From Felis catus (taxonomy: Eukaryota), in NCBI RefSeq assembly GCF_018350175.1, contig NC_058383.1, positions 5,830,001 to 5,894,000 on the forward strand: a stretch of 64,000 nt of DNA. Direction: 5' to 3'. Positions 12,710 to 24,027 of the stretch are shown piece after piece. The notes under the pieces are model-generated. The model had not been told where the DNA came from. It searched no databases and was given only the letters and a program-made list of their open reading frames with translations. The position numbers and the translations under genes were made by a program. Position 1 is the stretch's first letter, and every line of letters begins with the position of its first letter.

Positions 12710-12926
12710 GTTTTAAAAAAGTGTTTAATGTTTATTTATTTTTGAGAGAGAGAGAGAAACAGAGCATGAGTGGGGGGAGGGGCAGAGAGAGAGGGAGAAT
12801 CTGAAGCAGGCCCCAGGCTCTGAGCTGTCAGCTCAGAGCCCGATGTGAGGTTCGAACCCACGAACTGGGAGATCATGACCTGAGCCAAAGCTGGACGCTC
12901 AACCGACTGAGCCACCCAGGCGCCAC
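12710..12926 (-). mobile_element. SINEC inserted antisense into the tail of the preceding SINE
   Basis: Reverse SINEC flanked by AAATARATAAACTTTAA at 12693-12709 and 12928-12944. Confidence 0.92.
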
Positions 12927-12966
12927 TAAATAGATAAACTTTAAAAAATATTTAAAAATAAAAAAA

Positions 12967-13945
12967 TTATAATGAAATGCACATAACAAAATTTACCATC
13001 TTAACCACGTTTAAGGGTACGGATTAGTGGTGTCAAATGCATTCACACCACCATCCATCTCTGGAACTTTGTCATCTTCCCAAACTGAAACTCTGTCCCC
13101 TCTGGCCCCCCCACCCCCCCAAACTCCTTCACCCACCCTTGGCTCCCACCTTCTACTTTCTGTCTCTATAGATGTGACTACTTTAGATAACATATAAATG
13201 TGATCGTACAGTGTCTCCTTGGGACTGGCTTATCACTTACCATAACATCCTCAAGGTTCATCTGTGTTGTAACAGGTGCCAGAATGTCCCTCCTATTTTT
13301 AAGAGAGAGAGTGAGTGTGTAAGTAGGGGAGGTGCAGAGAGAGAAGGAGACACAGAATCTGAAGCAGACTTCAGGCTCTGGGTTGTCAGCACAGAGCCCG
13401 ACACCGGTCTTGAACCCAGACTGTGAGATCATGACCTGAGCCCAAGTTGGATGCCTAACTGACTGAGCCACCCAGGCACCCCCAGAATTTCCTTCCTTTA
13501 ATGGCTGAATAATATCCCACTGTATGGATACACCACGTTTTGTTTATCCATTCCCCTGTTGATGGACCCTTGGGTTGCTTCCACATTCTGGCTCCTGTGA
13601 ATAATACTTCTATGAACATGGGTGGACAAATAGCTCTTTGAGACCCTGCTGTATTTTTTTTATACATATATACCCAGAACTGGCATCACTCAATCATCTA
13701 TGGTAATCCGGTTTTTATTTTTTGAGGAGCCGCCATATTGTTTTTATCATGGCTGCACTAACTCACATTCCCGCCTTCAGTGCACAGGGTTCTACTTTCC
13801 CCATGTCTTTGCCAACACTTGTTCTTTTCTGTTGTCGCTGTTGCTTTGAATAGTAGCCATCCTAATGGGTGTGAGGTGGTATCTCATTATGATTTTGACT
13901 TTTATTTCCCTAAAGATTAATGATGTTGAGCATCATTGTATCACC
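12967..13945 (-). mobile_element. Old L1 (L1MB-like) 3' end
   Basis: Antisense L1M motifs: AAATTTACCATCTTAACCA, GGCTGAATAATATCCCACTGTATGG, GCCATCCTAATGGGTGTGAGGTGGTATCTCATT. Confidence 0.88.
13296..13482 (-). mobile_element. SINEC inside L1MB
   Basis: Reverse SINEC; degenerate TSD CCAGAAT.TCC.TCCT. Confidence 0.92.
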
Positions 13946-13949
13946 TTTC

Positions 13950-14090
13950 AGTCTCGCACTAAACCATTGACCAAACCTCCCATTGACTCCCATTGACTAA
14001 ACCTACCTAGAAACCAGAGGGCAAGGGAGCCTGGGAAATGTAGTTTTCTGCCATACAGAGTATACAGGGAAAGGCTTAGGATGGGTGGCT
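13950..14090 (-). mobile_element. LTR16/LTR33-like fragment
   Basis: GAAACCAGAGGGCAAGGGAGCCTGGGAAATGTAGTTTT. Confidence 0.55.

Positions 14091-14091
<1 letters not shown>

Positions 14092-14128
<37 letters not shown>
14092..14128. repeat. (GT)n microsatellite
   Basis: About 18 perfect GT units. Confidence 0.95.
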
Positions 14129-14129
<1 letters not shown>

Positions 14130-14184
14130 TTGTAAAAACAGCACATATCAGTGACATAAAGGACTTCAGAATCTCCTGTGCCCG

Positions 14185-14312
14185 TCAGTGTCCTGAGGAG
14201 GAAACTGAACTCCAGCAAAGATAAGGGGCCTGCCAAGACTTCACGGAGAGGAAGTGACAGAGCTGGGGTTTGAACCTAGCATGTTTGACTCCTAAACCAG
14301 TGCTCTTCCCAC
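14185..14312. mobile_element. MIR fragment
   Basis: GAGGAAACTGA...AAGTGACAGAGCTGGGGTTTGAACCTAG...TGACTCC core. Confidence 0.75.
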
Positions 14313-14599
14313 TCTGTGATTTCTGTTGCCCATGCGGTGCTGGCAAGAATGGGGATCATGCATGTTCACACCTCAGTGGTTTTGCTTATGCTGGTCCCAC
14401 TGCTTGGAACGTTGTTTGTTCCCTCCTTTCCCACCTGGAAAACTCAAGCTTACTCTCAGCAGCTCAGCTCAAATACCAAGTGCTGTAACCTGAGCCCTGG
14501 GGAGAACAAACCTGAAAGGAGGAATAATTGCTTCAGTCTGTGTAAATAGCAGACCAGCCACAGGGTCCCATCTTCATTCCATGTTGGGTCCTCAGTGTT

Positions 14600-15035
14600 T
14601 TTCTCTTCCCAGCACACTGTCCCTGTACTTCTGATGACTCTGAGTTTCCTCTAGGAATCTCTTCCTTCATTTTGTGTAGATTCGGGAATGCTGACATCTC
14701 TCTTCCCCAAGCTCATCATTCAATCCATCTTCCTGGTCACAGGGACTCTCATTGAACTCTTGGACAAGAGCCTGCCTTCCTTCCTTCCTTCCTTCCTTCC
14801 TTCCTTCCTTCCCTCCACTGGGGTGGCAAAGCTGTAAAGTTATGACATGGGACAGGCCTGCTTGAGAATGAAGCCAACAGAGGGGAAGGCAGGGTCATGG
14901 GCTGCAGCATTAGAGGGTCTTGACAACATTGTTTCTATGCCTGGATACAGCTGTGCCTGAAGGCAACCTCACCTATGGGTACTAATAAGTTCCCTCTTTT
15001 TGTGAGGCCAATTTGTGTTGAGATTTAAATCACTT
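14600..15035 (+). mobile_element. Old MLT1 (H/I/J-like) LTR containing (CCTT)n
   Basis: GAGAATGAAGCCAACAGAG, CCTGGATACAGCTGTGCCTGAAG, AATAAGTTCCCT. Confidence 0.6.
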
Positions 15036-18000
15036 ACCGCTGGAAGCCATGATGGATATATGTGTGTTGGGCCAATGCCCTGGCTTTCACACACATTCTT
15101 GATTTAGTGTTCCTTGGCCGGCAGCTCTGTGGGTCTTGTCCCCAGGACAAGTGGTCCCTTTGAATACCCTATAGCACAGAGACAAGCAGATCAGAAGTTG
15201 GTGGGGTACCGTCTGGGGAGTTTTACATCAGGAGGGCATGCTTTTCCTATCCCCAGGCTTGGTGACTCCCCCGAGGACTGTAGGGAGGTGGTGGGTGGTG
15301 GGGTTGGGGCTGAACCAGGATGTCGGGCCCTTTGGCCACTTCGGCCAAAGTGAGGCCTTTGGTGAGGGCTATAGGGAGGTTTCCTTGTTAGGCAGGATGA
15401 CAAAGATATCCGTGTTTCTGAAATGGCCACAGAGCCAAAAGAGCTGAACTTTTGAGGGGGTGGAGTGCTGGGCTCTTTGGTCTCAGTGGTCCTGCACTTG
15501 CTGAGACAGGCCTCTCTCTTCCCCAAGCGCCCAGGAGGGCCACTACTGGGCACGTGGTGCTTTGTGCTTCAAGGACAAAGCCGGAATGAAACTCTAGCAG
15601 CCCAGTGCCTCGTCAGCTTTGTGCCATTCCCCATCCTCCCTGGGCACTTTGCACATTCAAAAGCTATTTTAGAAGTAGCAGCACATCTGATTCTCTTTAA
15701 TGCACTTCCAGGCAGCACAGATGTGCATCAATGAGAGAATGTTCCCTGAACCAAAGTGCTTCTGTGGGCCTCATGATCCTCTCCCTTGGCACTCACTCCC
15801 AGGCCAAGAGCCTCCTATGAATCATGCATTAGCTTCTGTGATTGCTGTTCAGAGTGGTGGCAACTCTTGCAAAGGGTGGGGGAGCCATTTTACACTGTGG
15901 AAGGCAAGGGGTCTGGGGCCCCAGCTGGGAGTGGGGGCAGAGAGCGGAAGGAAGCAGACTCCGTAAGGGGGAGGTGGATGTCTGCTCTTGGAGGTGAAAC
16001 TTGCAGCGTCCAGGGCCCTACCACCAGTTCACATGGTGATGGGGCCCTGGCTACTGCTCCTCCCCCTCACGTCTGTATGTGACAGACTTTATCCTGAATG
16101 AAGGGAGGATCTGGCACCCGAAGAACTCCCATATGGAGCCCAGCTTATGCGGGGGTGGGATGGGGAGGGAACCCGCAGACACACAATGGAGTGCAGGGTG
16201 GGGAGAACTCTCCACAGGTGAGGAGATGACAAACAACTCCTCAGGAGATGACTAATGAGAGAAACAGAGCCATACAGCAACTCCCAGATCAAAATAATTA
16301 TACAAAGCTCGTTAAAACACACAAAGACATAAATTAAGCACTGCAGTCGCCTGTCCCTAAAAATGTGTCAGTCAGACAGACAGATGACTGAGGGAAGATG
16401 TCTGATGTTTCTGTCGTTTGCAAAAATTACATTATTTTGAATTTGAGGGGGAGGCACAAAAATTCGTGATTTAACGTTTAAAGCGATTTTCAAAGTTTTA
16501 TTTTTTTCTTTTAAGCTTAAAAATGTCCCTGGAAAAGAACACGAAGACGTGTGCTATTAAGAGATGAAAGTCTCTCCCTTTAATGAAATGAAGCAAAAAC
16601 ATGGCTGCAACCAGCCAAGTAGGTATTTCCAACATGGTGGTCTCCTTGGAGAGGGCCCAGTGGTTAGTGAGTATTCTTCACTGTGGGGGCAGAGCTCACA
16701 TCCAGTGCTCCTTTACACACTGAAGGCTCTACGCTGAAAACTTCTAGGTTCTTTCTCTGGCTCATCATTTCAACCCGCTTCCTGGGCAATGTCTCTGTGA
16801 CTCCGGAAGGAAAGGAGCCTCTCGTCTTCGAGGGGGTACTCCCTCACTCCCAGCACCATCCTGGAATGAGGACTCAAGGCAAACTAGCAGGAGTGGGAGA
16901 GCAGAGCTCTGATTATCTGAGGGATTCCCTTTGAGAAAAAGAATACATAAGTGCAATATGCACCTAGGTATGGAAGTGAATATTTATTTAGAATAAGAAA
17001 GGAAATCAGCACAGAGTACTGGATCCCTGGGAATTCAGGTCACTCTCTTCTGCTATCTCTTTAGGCAAATTACTAGCCACATTTGCTGATTTCCTGGCTT
17101 TTCTCTCCACTTAGAATGTTCTAGGACTCCCAGGATCTTCCAGCTCTCACAGGGGCCCAAGCAAACAAGAGGTCCTGATGCTGGGGTTTCCTGCCTGAAA
17201 ATCTGTCCCTGGCAGTGGGGCTGCCCAGAGAAGTTACATCTCTGCTCTGGCTGGGATTTGCCTCTGGCAGCATCCAGGGTCTGTGAATAAGGCTGGAGGC
17301 TTTGGAAACATCCAGAACTCTGGGATTTGGGGACACATGCCTGGAGGTAGCCTGGCATCGTTTTACAATTTCAGTCGATGGAAATCTGGCCAATTGAATC
17401 CTACTCTGTTTGGAAATAGATCAGGTAGAAAGAAGGGGAGTGGCAGGCCAGGGCCCGGGGACAGTTGTGGGCAGGCCGTCCAGCTGGGGTCAGGCAGGAG
17501 GCATCTTGGTGGAGGCATCGAGGCCAGCTCGCGATGGCCAATCCCTGCCATGGGAGAGGGAACCTCAGGCTGTGCAGGCCCAGAGCCCCCGCTCAGGTTT
17601 CCTCACTCTCCTTGTTCTGATTCCAGGCTAATCGGGCAAATTTTAGGGCATCAGTCATTCTCCGGGAGGCCTGCCTGTTGGACAAGAAACGGTAGTTAGT
17701 CTGCCAGAAAGCCTGTCCACCCAAAGTGGCCCCCAGTGGTCACCTGGCTCTCGTCGGAGGTCTTCTGAGGGAGAGAGGCTACTGGCCTATCAACCTGCAC
17801 ACCCAATGGCTGTTGTCTCACAGGGCCAACCACTAAATTGGCATTGAGGTTTTTATTTATCAGATTCTTTGAACTTGGTTGGTGCCAGTTCACCCCCAAG
17901 ACAGATGGATCCATTTCACTGTGCCCAGAAAATCAACGTCTGGTGTGGTGCCAGCTCGATAAATTCACTCAAATGAATGAAAATTAGATTTCTGAGCGGG

Positions 18001-18136
18001 CTGGGAAGGCTGAACCCAGATACTGGCAGATTCCCAGGAAAAATGGTTGCCTTGTGAGGGCCAACTGGGGGGAGCAGTAGGCCTGTCCTGGGTCCTTTCA
18101 GGTGTCAGAGATAGGGTCTTTAAAGAGGTACACACA

Positions 18137-18312
18137 GGGGTGCCTGGGTGGCTCAGGTCATGGTCTCACAGTTTGTGAGTTTGAACCCCGTGTTGGGCTC
18201 TGTGCTGTGAGTGAGGAGCCTGCTTCAGATCCTCTGTACCCACCTCTCTCTGTCCTTCCCTCTCTCTCCCTCCCCCCTCTCTCAAAAATGGATAAACATT
18301 AAAAAAAAAAAA
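18137..18312 (+). mobile_element. SINEC with deletion between two GCTCAG motifs
   Basis: GGGGTGCCTGGGTGGCTCAGGTCATG joined directly; AAAGAGGTA on both flanks. Confidence 0.92.
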
Positions 18313-18934
18313 AGAGGTATACGGAATGAGGCAGACCACCAGCTGGGAATGTTGCCTTCGGGGATGTGGAGCTGAGGGTTCTATTAAAGGCCAGCAGAGC
18401 TCTCCGCCCAGTGTGCTCCCGGGCCTGTCTTCCTTCCAGACCCTTCTGTGCCCCCCCACTGGCACCATGCTGGCCTGGGAAGGCCCCCTTTGCCCCAGCC
18501 GTGCCTCTCCTCACACCATCTCCGGAGTCAACCACTGACACAAGTTTAAAGAACACACACAGGCTTTCAGACTCTCTACTGTTGGGAAGTCAACCACCCC
18601 CGGCCTTGTGGGAAGAAGCCACTAGGGCCACAGCTGATTACAATTCCATTCACACTTTGTGAGTCAAGATCACGCAGATGTCAACACTGTTTGTTCCAAA
18701 GAGCCCATGACTGGAGCGCCAGCCCAGTGCAGCACCTCCACAGGAAGCCACCGCTACGGATCCGTGCAAGCTTCAAATGACACACACTCGCCCTCGGCTA
18801 AAACTCCCCAAGTGCATTCTAGGAGATTGTAGAGTTGTGGGAAGCAAGTGACACAGCAGGGAAATGGAGATGTGAAAGGGGCGTTTAATTGTGTCTCATG
18901 TCATATGGGCTCAAACAACGTACAGTGGAATTGA

Positions 18935-19422
18935 AAGATCAATGAGGATGAGGCCATTAGGGCAGCCCTCCCCCACATACCTGGTGTCCCTATGAGAAAA
19001 GGAGATTAAGGGGCGCCTGGGTGGCTCCGTCAGTTAAGCGTCCAACTCTTGGTTTCCGCTCAGGTTCATGAGATCCAGCCGTGTGTCAGGCTCCACGCTG
19101 ACAGCATGGAGCCTGCTTGGGATTCTCTCTCTCCCTCTCTCTCTGCTGCTTCCCCTGCTTTCTCTCTCTCTCAAAAAAAAGATTAACATTAAAAAAAAGA
19201 TTTTAAGAAGAGGAGATTAAGACACAGACACACACATAGGGACAACCATGTGAGGAGATGTCCATGGAGACAAGCCAAGGAGGGGGGCCCCAGGACCCAC
19301 CAACCCAGCAGACACCCTGATCTTGGACTTCTAGCTTCCAGACTGTGAAAGAATACATGCCTGCAGTTTCTGCCGCCCGGCGTGTGGTGCTCCCTTACGG
19401 CGGCCCTGCACGGCCTGATACA
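18935..19422 (+). mobile_element. MLT1B-type LTR split by SINEC
   Basis: GATGAGGCCATTAGGG, GACACAGACACACAC, CTGATCTTGGACTTCTAGCTTCCAGACTGTGA, CTGATACA end. Confidence 0.82.
19010..19205 (+). mobile_element. SINEC inside MLT1B
   Basis: Head at 19010; TSD AGGAGATTAAG. Confidence 0.93.
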
Positions 19423-19784
19423 TGTCTCACCCCGTGCTGGCCCCTGGGAGTCCTGTTGACTAGGATGCCGCACACTCCCGGAGCGGCCCTCTTCCTGCCA
19501 TTCCCTTGCCTTTGAACTCCATCCCTTGCTTAGGTGTCCGTGGCAGCTTCCTCGTCTCTGCAGCCAGAGTGGGTTTCCTCAAGCCCACACTGACCACCTT
19601 CTGCGTTGGCTAGAAGGCCTGCGTGCCTCACCATGGACGCGAGACAAACCCTAACCTCCTGAACGTGGCTCCCTGATCCCCCTTGTCCTGAGCCTCATGT
19701 GCACCACTCCTGCTCCCTGCTTGGCTGCAAACTTTCTGCAGTCCTCCACACCGTGCCCTTTCATTCAGACCTCTGTGACTTGGT

Positions 19785-20168
19785 CGCTGGAATTGCTGTA
19801 CCAAAGCAGTTAAACGACATGGGTTTATCATCTCAGGGCTTCTGGGGGCCAGGAGTCCAAGATCTACGTGTGGGCAGGTTGGTTCATTCTGAGGGTGTGA
19901 GAGCAAATCTGTCCCAGACCTCTTTCCTTGGCTTGTAGGTAGCTGTCTTCCCTGTGTCCCTCGACGCGGCCTCTTCTACATGAGCATCACTGCGACCACA
20001 TTTTCCCAAAATTAGGACACAGCACACATTGAATTAGGACCCCTACTAGATGACCTCATCTTAACTAATTACATCGGCAACGAACCTATTTCCAAATATG
20101 GTCACATTGTGAGGTGCTGGGGTGTGGGACTTCAACATATGACATTTTGGGGTCGCAATTCAACCCAC
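19785..20168 (-). mobile_element. MLT1 (A-C) LTR
   Basis: TGACCTCATCTTAACTAATTACATC..CCTATTTCCAAATATGGTCACATT.TGAGGTGCTGGGG..ACTTCAACATATGA. Confidence 0.85.
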
Positions 20169-20344
20169 CGCACTTGGATATGCTATTCCCCCCATCTGAC
20201 ATGTTCTTCCCCTTGATTCTTTCTCTGGATGAGCCACAGTCATCCCGGAGGGTAATCGCTGCCAGGCATCCCCCAACTGCCCTGGGGCGGCCCCAGCTGT
20301 CCTGCCAGCTTGCCGCCTGGCCCCAACCTTGCCACATCTTCCCT

Positions 20345-20490
20345 CTACTCCCCGCGCAAGCCCCGCCCCCTTCCTGTGGGCCCCGGCCCCGCCCTGTGCA
20401 CCCCGCCCCCATCCGGCTTGCCCGGTCCTTTCCGGAGTGCCTCGCCCCATCCTTGTGCCCCGCCCTATCCGAGGCCTGCCCCACCTCTCC
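20345..20490. promoter_or_regulatory. Cluster of GC-box (Sp/KLF-like) motifs
   Basis: Several CCCCGCCC/CCGCCC motifs with retained CpGs within ~140 bp. Confidence 0.35.
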
Positions 20491-20879
20491 TATTCCACCT
20501 GGCTGTCAGCTCCCGTGCAGGAGTCTGGGGTCCCTGTACCTTCACCGCCCCCCCACCCCCCCGCAAGCACTTCAGGTCCCCTTCTGCCTTGTCCTTGAAT
20601 TCGGGTCGTCATCTTTCTTCTCCCTCTGCACTTGCTTGTTTCCAGAATTAATGAGACTACATTTACTTTTCATAACTTTTGGGGGATTCGGGCCATCCCT
20701 TTAGGAGGCAGGAGATGCTGGGGGGCGGGGAGGCCGGTGATTCCTGAGTCGTGGATGATTTCTTCAGCTCTGGGCTAAGCCGGCTCCCGGGAGCAGCGCT
20801 TCTGCAGGGACACAGTGGCAAACATTGGCTGTTTATATGCATGCCGCCGGGCCTGGGGCTCCCTGCCGCAAAGCAGGAA

Positions 20880-21045
20880 TGATAATGACAATAACAGCGC
20901 ACCTCTGGGTAATTTACAAAGCGTGTTCACTGCCACCATCTGATTTGATCCTTATTAAAAAACAAAAAGCAAAAAAACCCAATGCTGGCATATTTTCTAT
21001 CCCCATATTAAAGACTGAGAAATCGAGGCCCAGGAAGGCAAGCTG
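20880..21045. mobile_element. MIR-like fragment
   Basis: ATAATGACAATAACAGC...ATCCCCATATT..AGACTGAGAAATCGAGGCCCAG. Confidence 0.55.
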
Positions 21046-22099
21046 AACCAGGTCTGCCTCGTTGGAACAAGGAGATGAGACAGGAAAGGGGGAGGCGACA
21101 AGGGGTTAACACGCTGGACTGGAACCTCAGAAAGTAGGGGGGACACAGAGGGAGGGGTGGCTGAGACCAGCACAGCCAACTGGTCCTTAGCCATCTAGCC
21201 CAAGCTCAGCACCTTGGCTGCACCCCAGACCCCAGGTAGACCCCAGACCACTGGCTGAACTGACCAGGACCTTCTACAGGTCGGGCCCCAGGTTTCCTTT
21301 CCTTGAAAAGCTACATTCAATGCCCTATCAGAGGCATCAGCTGACCAGGCCCAGAGAGCGTTTGTCTCCAGGAAACCGTAAACTACATGAAGGATGCCTT
21401 TCTCATATTTGGTTGACATGCTTTATGTATGATCACTCTTATGACAACAGAAGGTATATAAAAAGGCTCAGTTACAGTTTCTTGGAAATAATAAAATAAC
21501 TTGGAGGGACTCGTATGCCAAGGAGTCTGAAGATGAATGCCTGGCTATAAAAGAACACTCGTGTCGTATTTCATAAAGCTGTGGTTCAGCTGCCTGGCAG
21601 GTGAGGAACGAAAAGTGGGATTGTCTTGAGAACGTTTTACGATGCATCCAGAAGGGTCCAGTTCATTGTGTGATCAACAATCAGACTTGAACGAAGGGAA
21701 TGAACATTGCTATTCCCCCCTTTCAAATATCCTTTTGGGAGACAGCAATTTCAGGACTGAGTATAAAATCTAATAATTATCAGCTACCACTGCAGAGGGA
21801 GGAAATCCATGTTCAATCTCTATAGTATGTGTTACTGGAGACGAGGAGGTCATTAGCTCTGTATTACAAATGGAGGAACTATTTGTTTGTGACAGGCACA
21901 AATAGAGTCACAATAAACAAGAGACAGATTGGGATTGAACCTAAGGACTGGCCAGCTTCCAAGTCTGTGCCCTAAGGGAACATCATTATACAGTCATTTA
22001 AAACCTGACCTGTTCTCTCCAAATTGTACTTTAAAAACATGTAATCAGAAAGCCCCTTTAAGAAAATCTGGAAATAAAAGCTGTTAGAAGAATAAAATC

Positions 22100-22302
22100 G
22101 GGGCGCCTGGGTGGCTTAGTCGGTTAAGCATCCGACTCTTGATATTCGCTCAGGTCATGATTCCATGGTTGTGAGACCAAGCCCCACGTTGGGCTCTGAG
22201 CTGACAGTGCGGGGATTGTCTCTCTCTCCCTCTCTCTCTGCCCCTCCCCTGCTGGCGCAACACTCCCTCTCTCTAAATAAATAAATAAACTTAAAAAAAA
22301 AT
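22100..22302 (+). mobile_element. SINEC
   Basis: Head, CT tract, A-tail; AATAAAA on both flanks. Confidence 0.93.
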
Positions 22303-22628
22303 AAAACCAAATTTTAAAAAGCCACTCATTAGAACATACTAGGATATAGTCCTTAAAATGATTAGCTCACGTTAGTTTTCTCTGCACTTGCTAATTAAAA
22401 AAAATTTTTTTTAGCATTTGACAAGAGAGATCTGAAATTATTCATTTAATTTATTATGGTAAATCTCAGTGTTTAATATATTTTCAACACCTTTCTAAAG
22501 TGAGATCTCACTTTGGTGTCTTCACCTCTCCTTTTTATTTTCTGTCTAAAATTAGAAGCTGGGTTAAAAGAGGTAGAAATGCAGAGCCAGATGTGGTCAT
22601 GGGGGTCTCCTCAGAATATTTTATTCCA

Positions 22629-22805
22629 AAAAAAGAGGTTAGAGTGGGAGAGAGCCAAAGCATAAGAGACTGTTAAAAACTGAGAACAAACTGAGGGTTG
22701 ATGGGGGGTGGGAGGGAGGAGAGGGTGGGTGATGGGTATTGAGGAGGGCACCTTTTGGGATGAGCACTGGGTGTTGTATGGAAACCAATTTGTCAATAAA
22801 TTTCA

Positions 22806-22840
<35 letters not shown>

Positions 22841-22877
22841 AAATAAATAAATAAAACAGATTTAAAATTAAAAAAAA
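22629..22877 (+). mobile_element. Short, young felid L1 3'UTR fragment (L1_Fc-like)
   Basis: GAGAACAAACTGAGGGTTGATGGGGGGTGGGAGGG..GGGATGAGCACTGGGTGTTGTATGGAAACCAATTTG plus (TAAA)n tail; perfect 16-bp TSD AGAATATTTTATTCCA at 22613-22628 and 22878-22893. Confidence 0.93.
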
Positions 22878-22982
22878 AGAATATTTTATTCCAGTTCCTT
22901 GAGTTAATGTTTTCCAATTTTATTGAGATATAATTGAAGTATGCTAAGCTGTACATATTTAAAGTGTACAAATTTTTAAAGA

Positions 22983-23151
22983 TTTTTTTAAAGTTTATTT
23001 TGAGAGAGGGAGAGAGAGACAATCCCAAGCAGGTTCCGCACCAGCACTGCAGAGCCTGATGCCGGAGGGCTTGAACTCACGAACCACGGGATCATGACTT
23101 GAGCCGAAACCAAGAGTCAGACCCTTAACCTACTGAGCCACCCAGTGCCCC
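22983..23151 (-). mobile_element. SINEC
   Basis: AATCCCAAGCAGG...ATCATGACTTGAGCCGAAACCAAGAGTCAGAC..CTGAGCCACCCAG. Confidence 0.9.
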
Positions 23152-23170
23152 ATATTATGTATGTATGTAT

Positions 23171-23208
<38 letters not shown>

Positions 23209-23257
23209 CATACATATATATATGTATATATATACATATATATATATTACACACACA
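23152..23257. repeat. (TA)n/(TATG)n/(CA)n compound microsatellite
   Basis: Direct inspection. Confidence 0.92.
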
Positions 23258-23804
23258 GAGACCGACCCTACACTCAAAATAAAGACTTCATTGCTTTGCA
23301 CAGTTTTCTCTGGCCCTTTGAAATTCATCCCTCCCCTCCCACCCCCAGGGGACCATTGATGGGTCTTTCAATTCATTTGCATTTTGTAGAATCTTACATA
23401 AATGAAGTCATATTGTATGTAGCCTTCTTTTACCTGGCTCCCTTCATTCAGTAGAATGAGCTGCAAAGGACTCACATTGTTATCGATCAGCAGGCTGCCT
23501 GAGCAGCATCCCATTGTGTGGACACACTACATTTTATGTGTATGCTCCCCCACTGATGGACATTTCCATTGTTTCTACTTTTTGGCTACTGCAAATGAAG
23601 CTGCTGTGGACATAGGTATGAGTCTCTGTGTGGAGACGTGTGTTTCTCTTGGGTAGACACCCAGGAAAGAATGGGCCACATGGCAGATGTAGAAGTTCTT
23701 GAACTTTTGGACTGTTCTCCAAGGTGGGCGTACCCTTGTACGTTCCCATCAGCAGCTAGTAAGACTTTCCATTGGTCCACATCCCTGCCAGTTTCCGAGC
23801 TGAT

Positions 23805-23830
23805 TTTTTTTAAATGTCTATTTATTTATT

Positions 23831-23868
<38 letters not shown>

Positions 23869-24027
23869 GGGTAGGGGCAGAGAGAGAGAGGGAGAGAGAA
23901 TCCCAAGCAGGCTCCTTGTTGTCAGCACAGAGCCCGACATGGGGCTTGACCTCACGAACTGTGAGATCATGGCCTGAGCCAACATCAAGAGTCGGCAGCT
24001 TAACCAACCGAGTCATCCAGGCGCCCC
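23805..24027 (-). mobile_element. SINEC
   Basis: Reverse SINEC with (GA)n; TSD CCGAGYTGATTTT. Confidence 0.93.

Larger units (their letters stand above)
22910..23800 (-). mobile_element. Old L1M (ME/MC-like) 3' fragments
   Basis: TTTTATTGAGATATAATT, GCATTTTGTAGAATCTTACATAAATG, TGATGGACATTT..TTGTTTC. Confidence 0.75.

Noticed and set aside
18137..18165. Recurrent short deletions in SINE heads (also near 11370, 19060 and 58025)
   Set aside because: Explained by slippage between short internal direct repeats; ordinary decay
21350..21700. TATATAAAAAGG TATA-like box and an adjacent 74-aa ORF
   Set aside because: No initiator or exon support; may be an old DNA-transposon relic that I cannot assign
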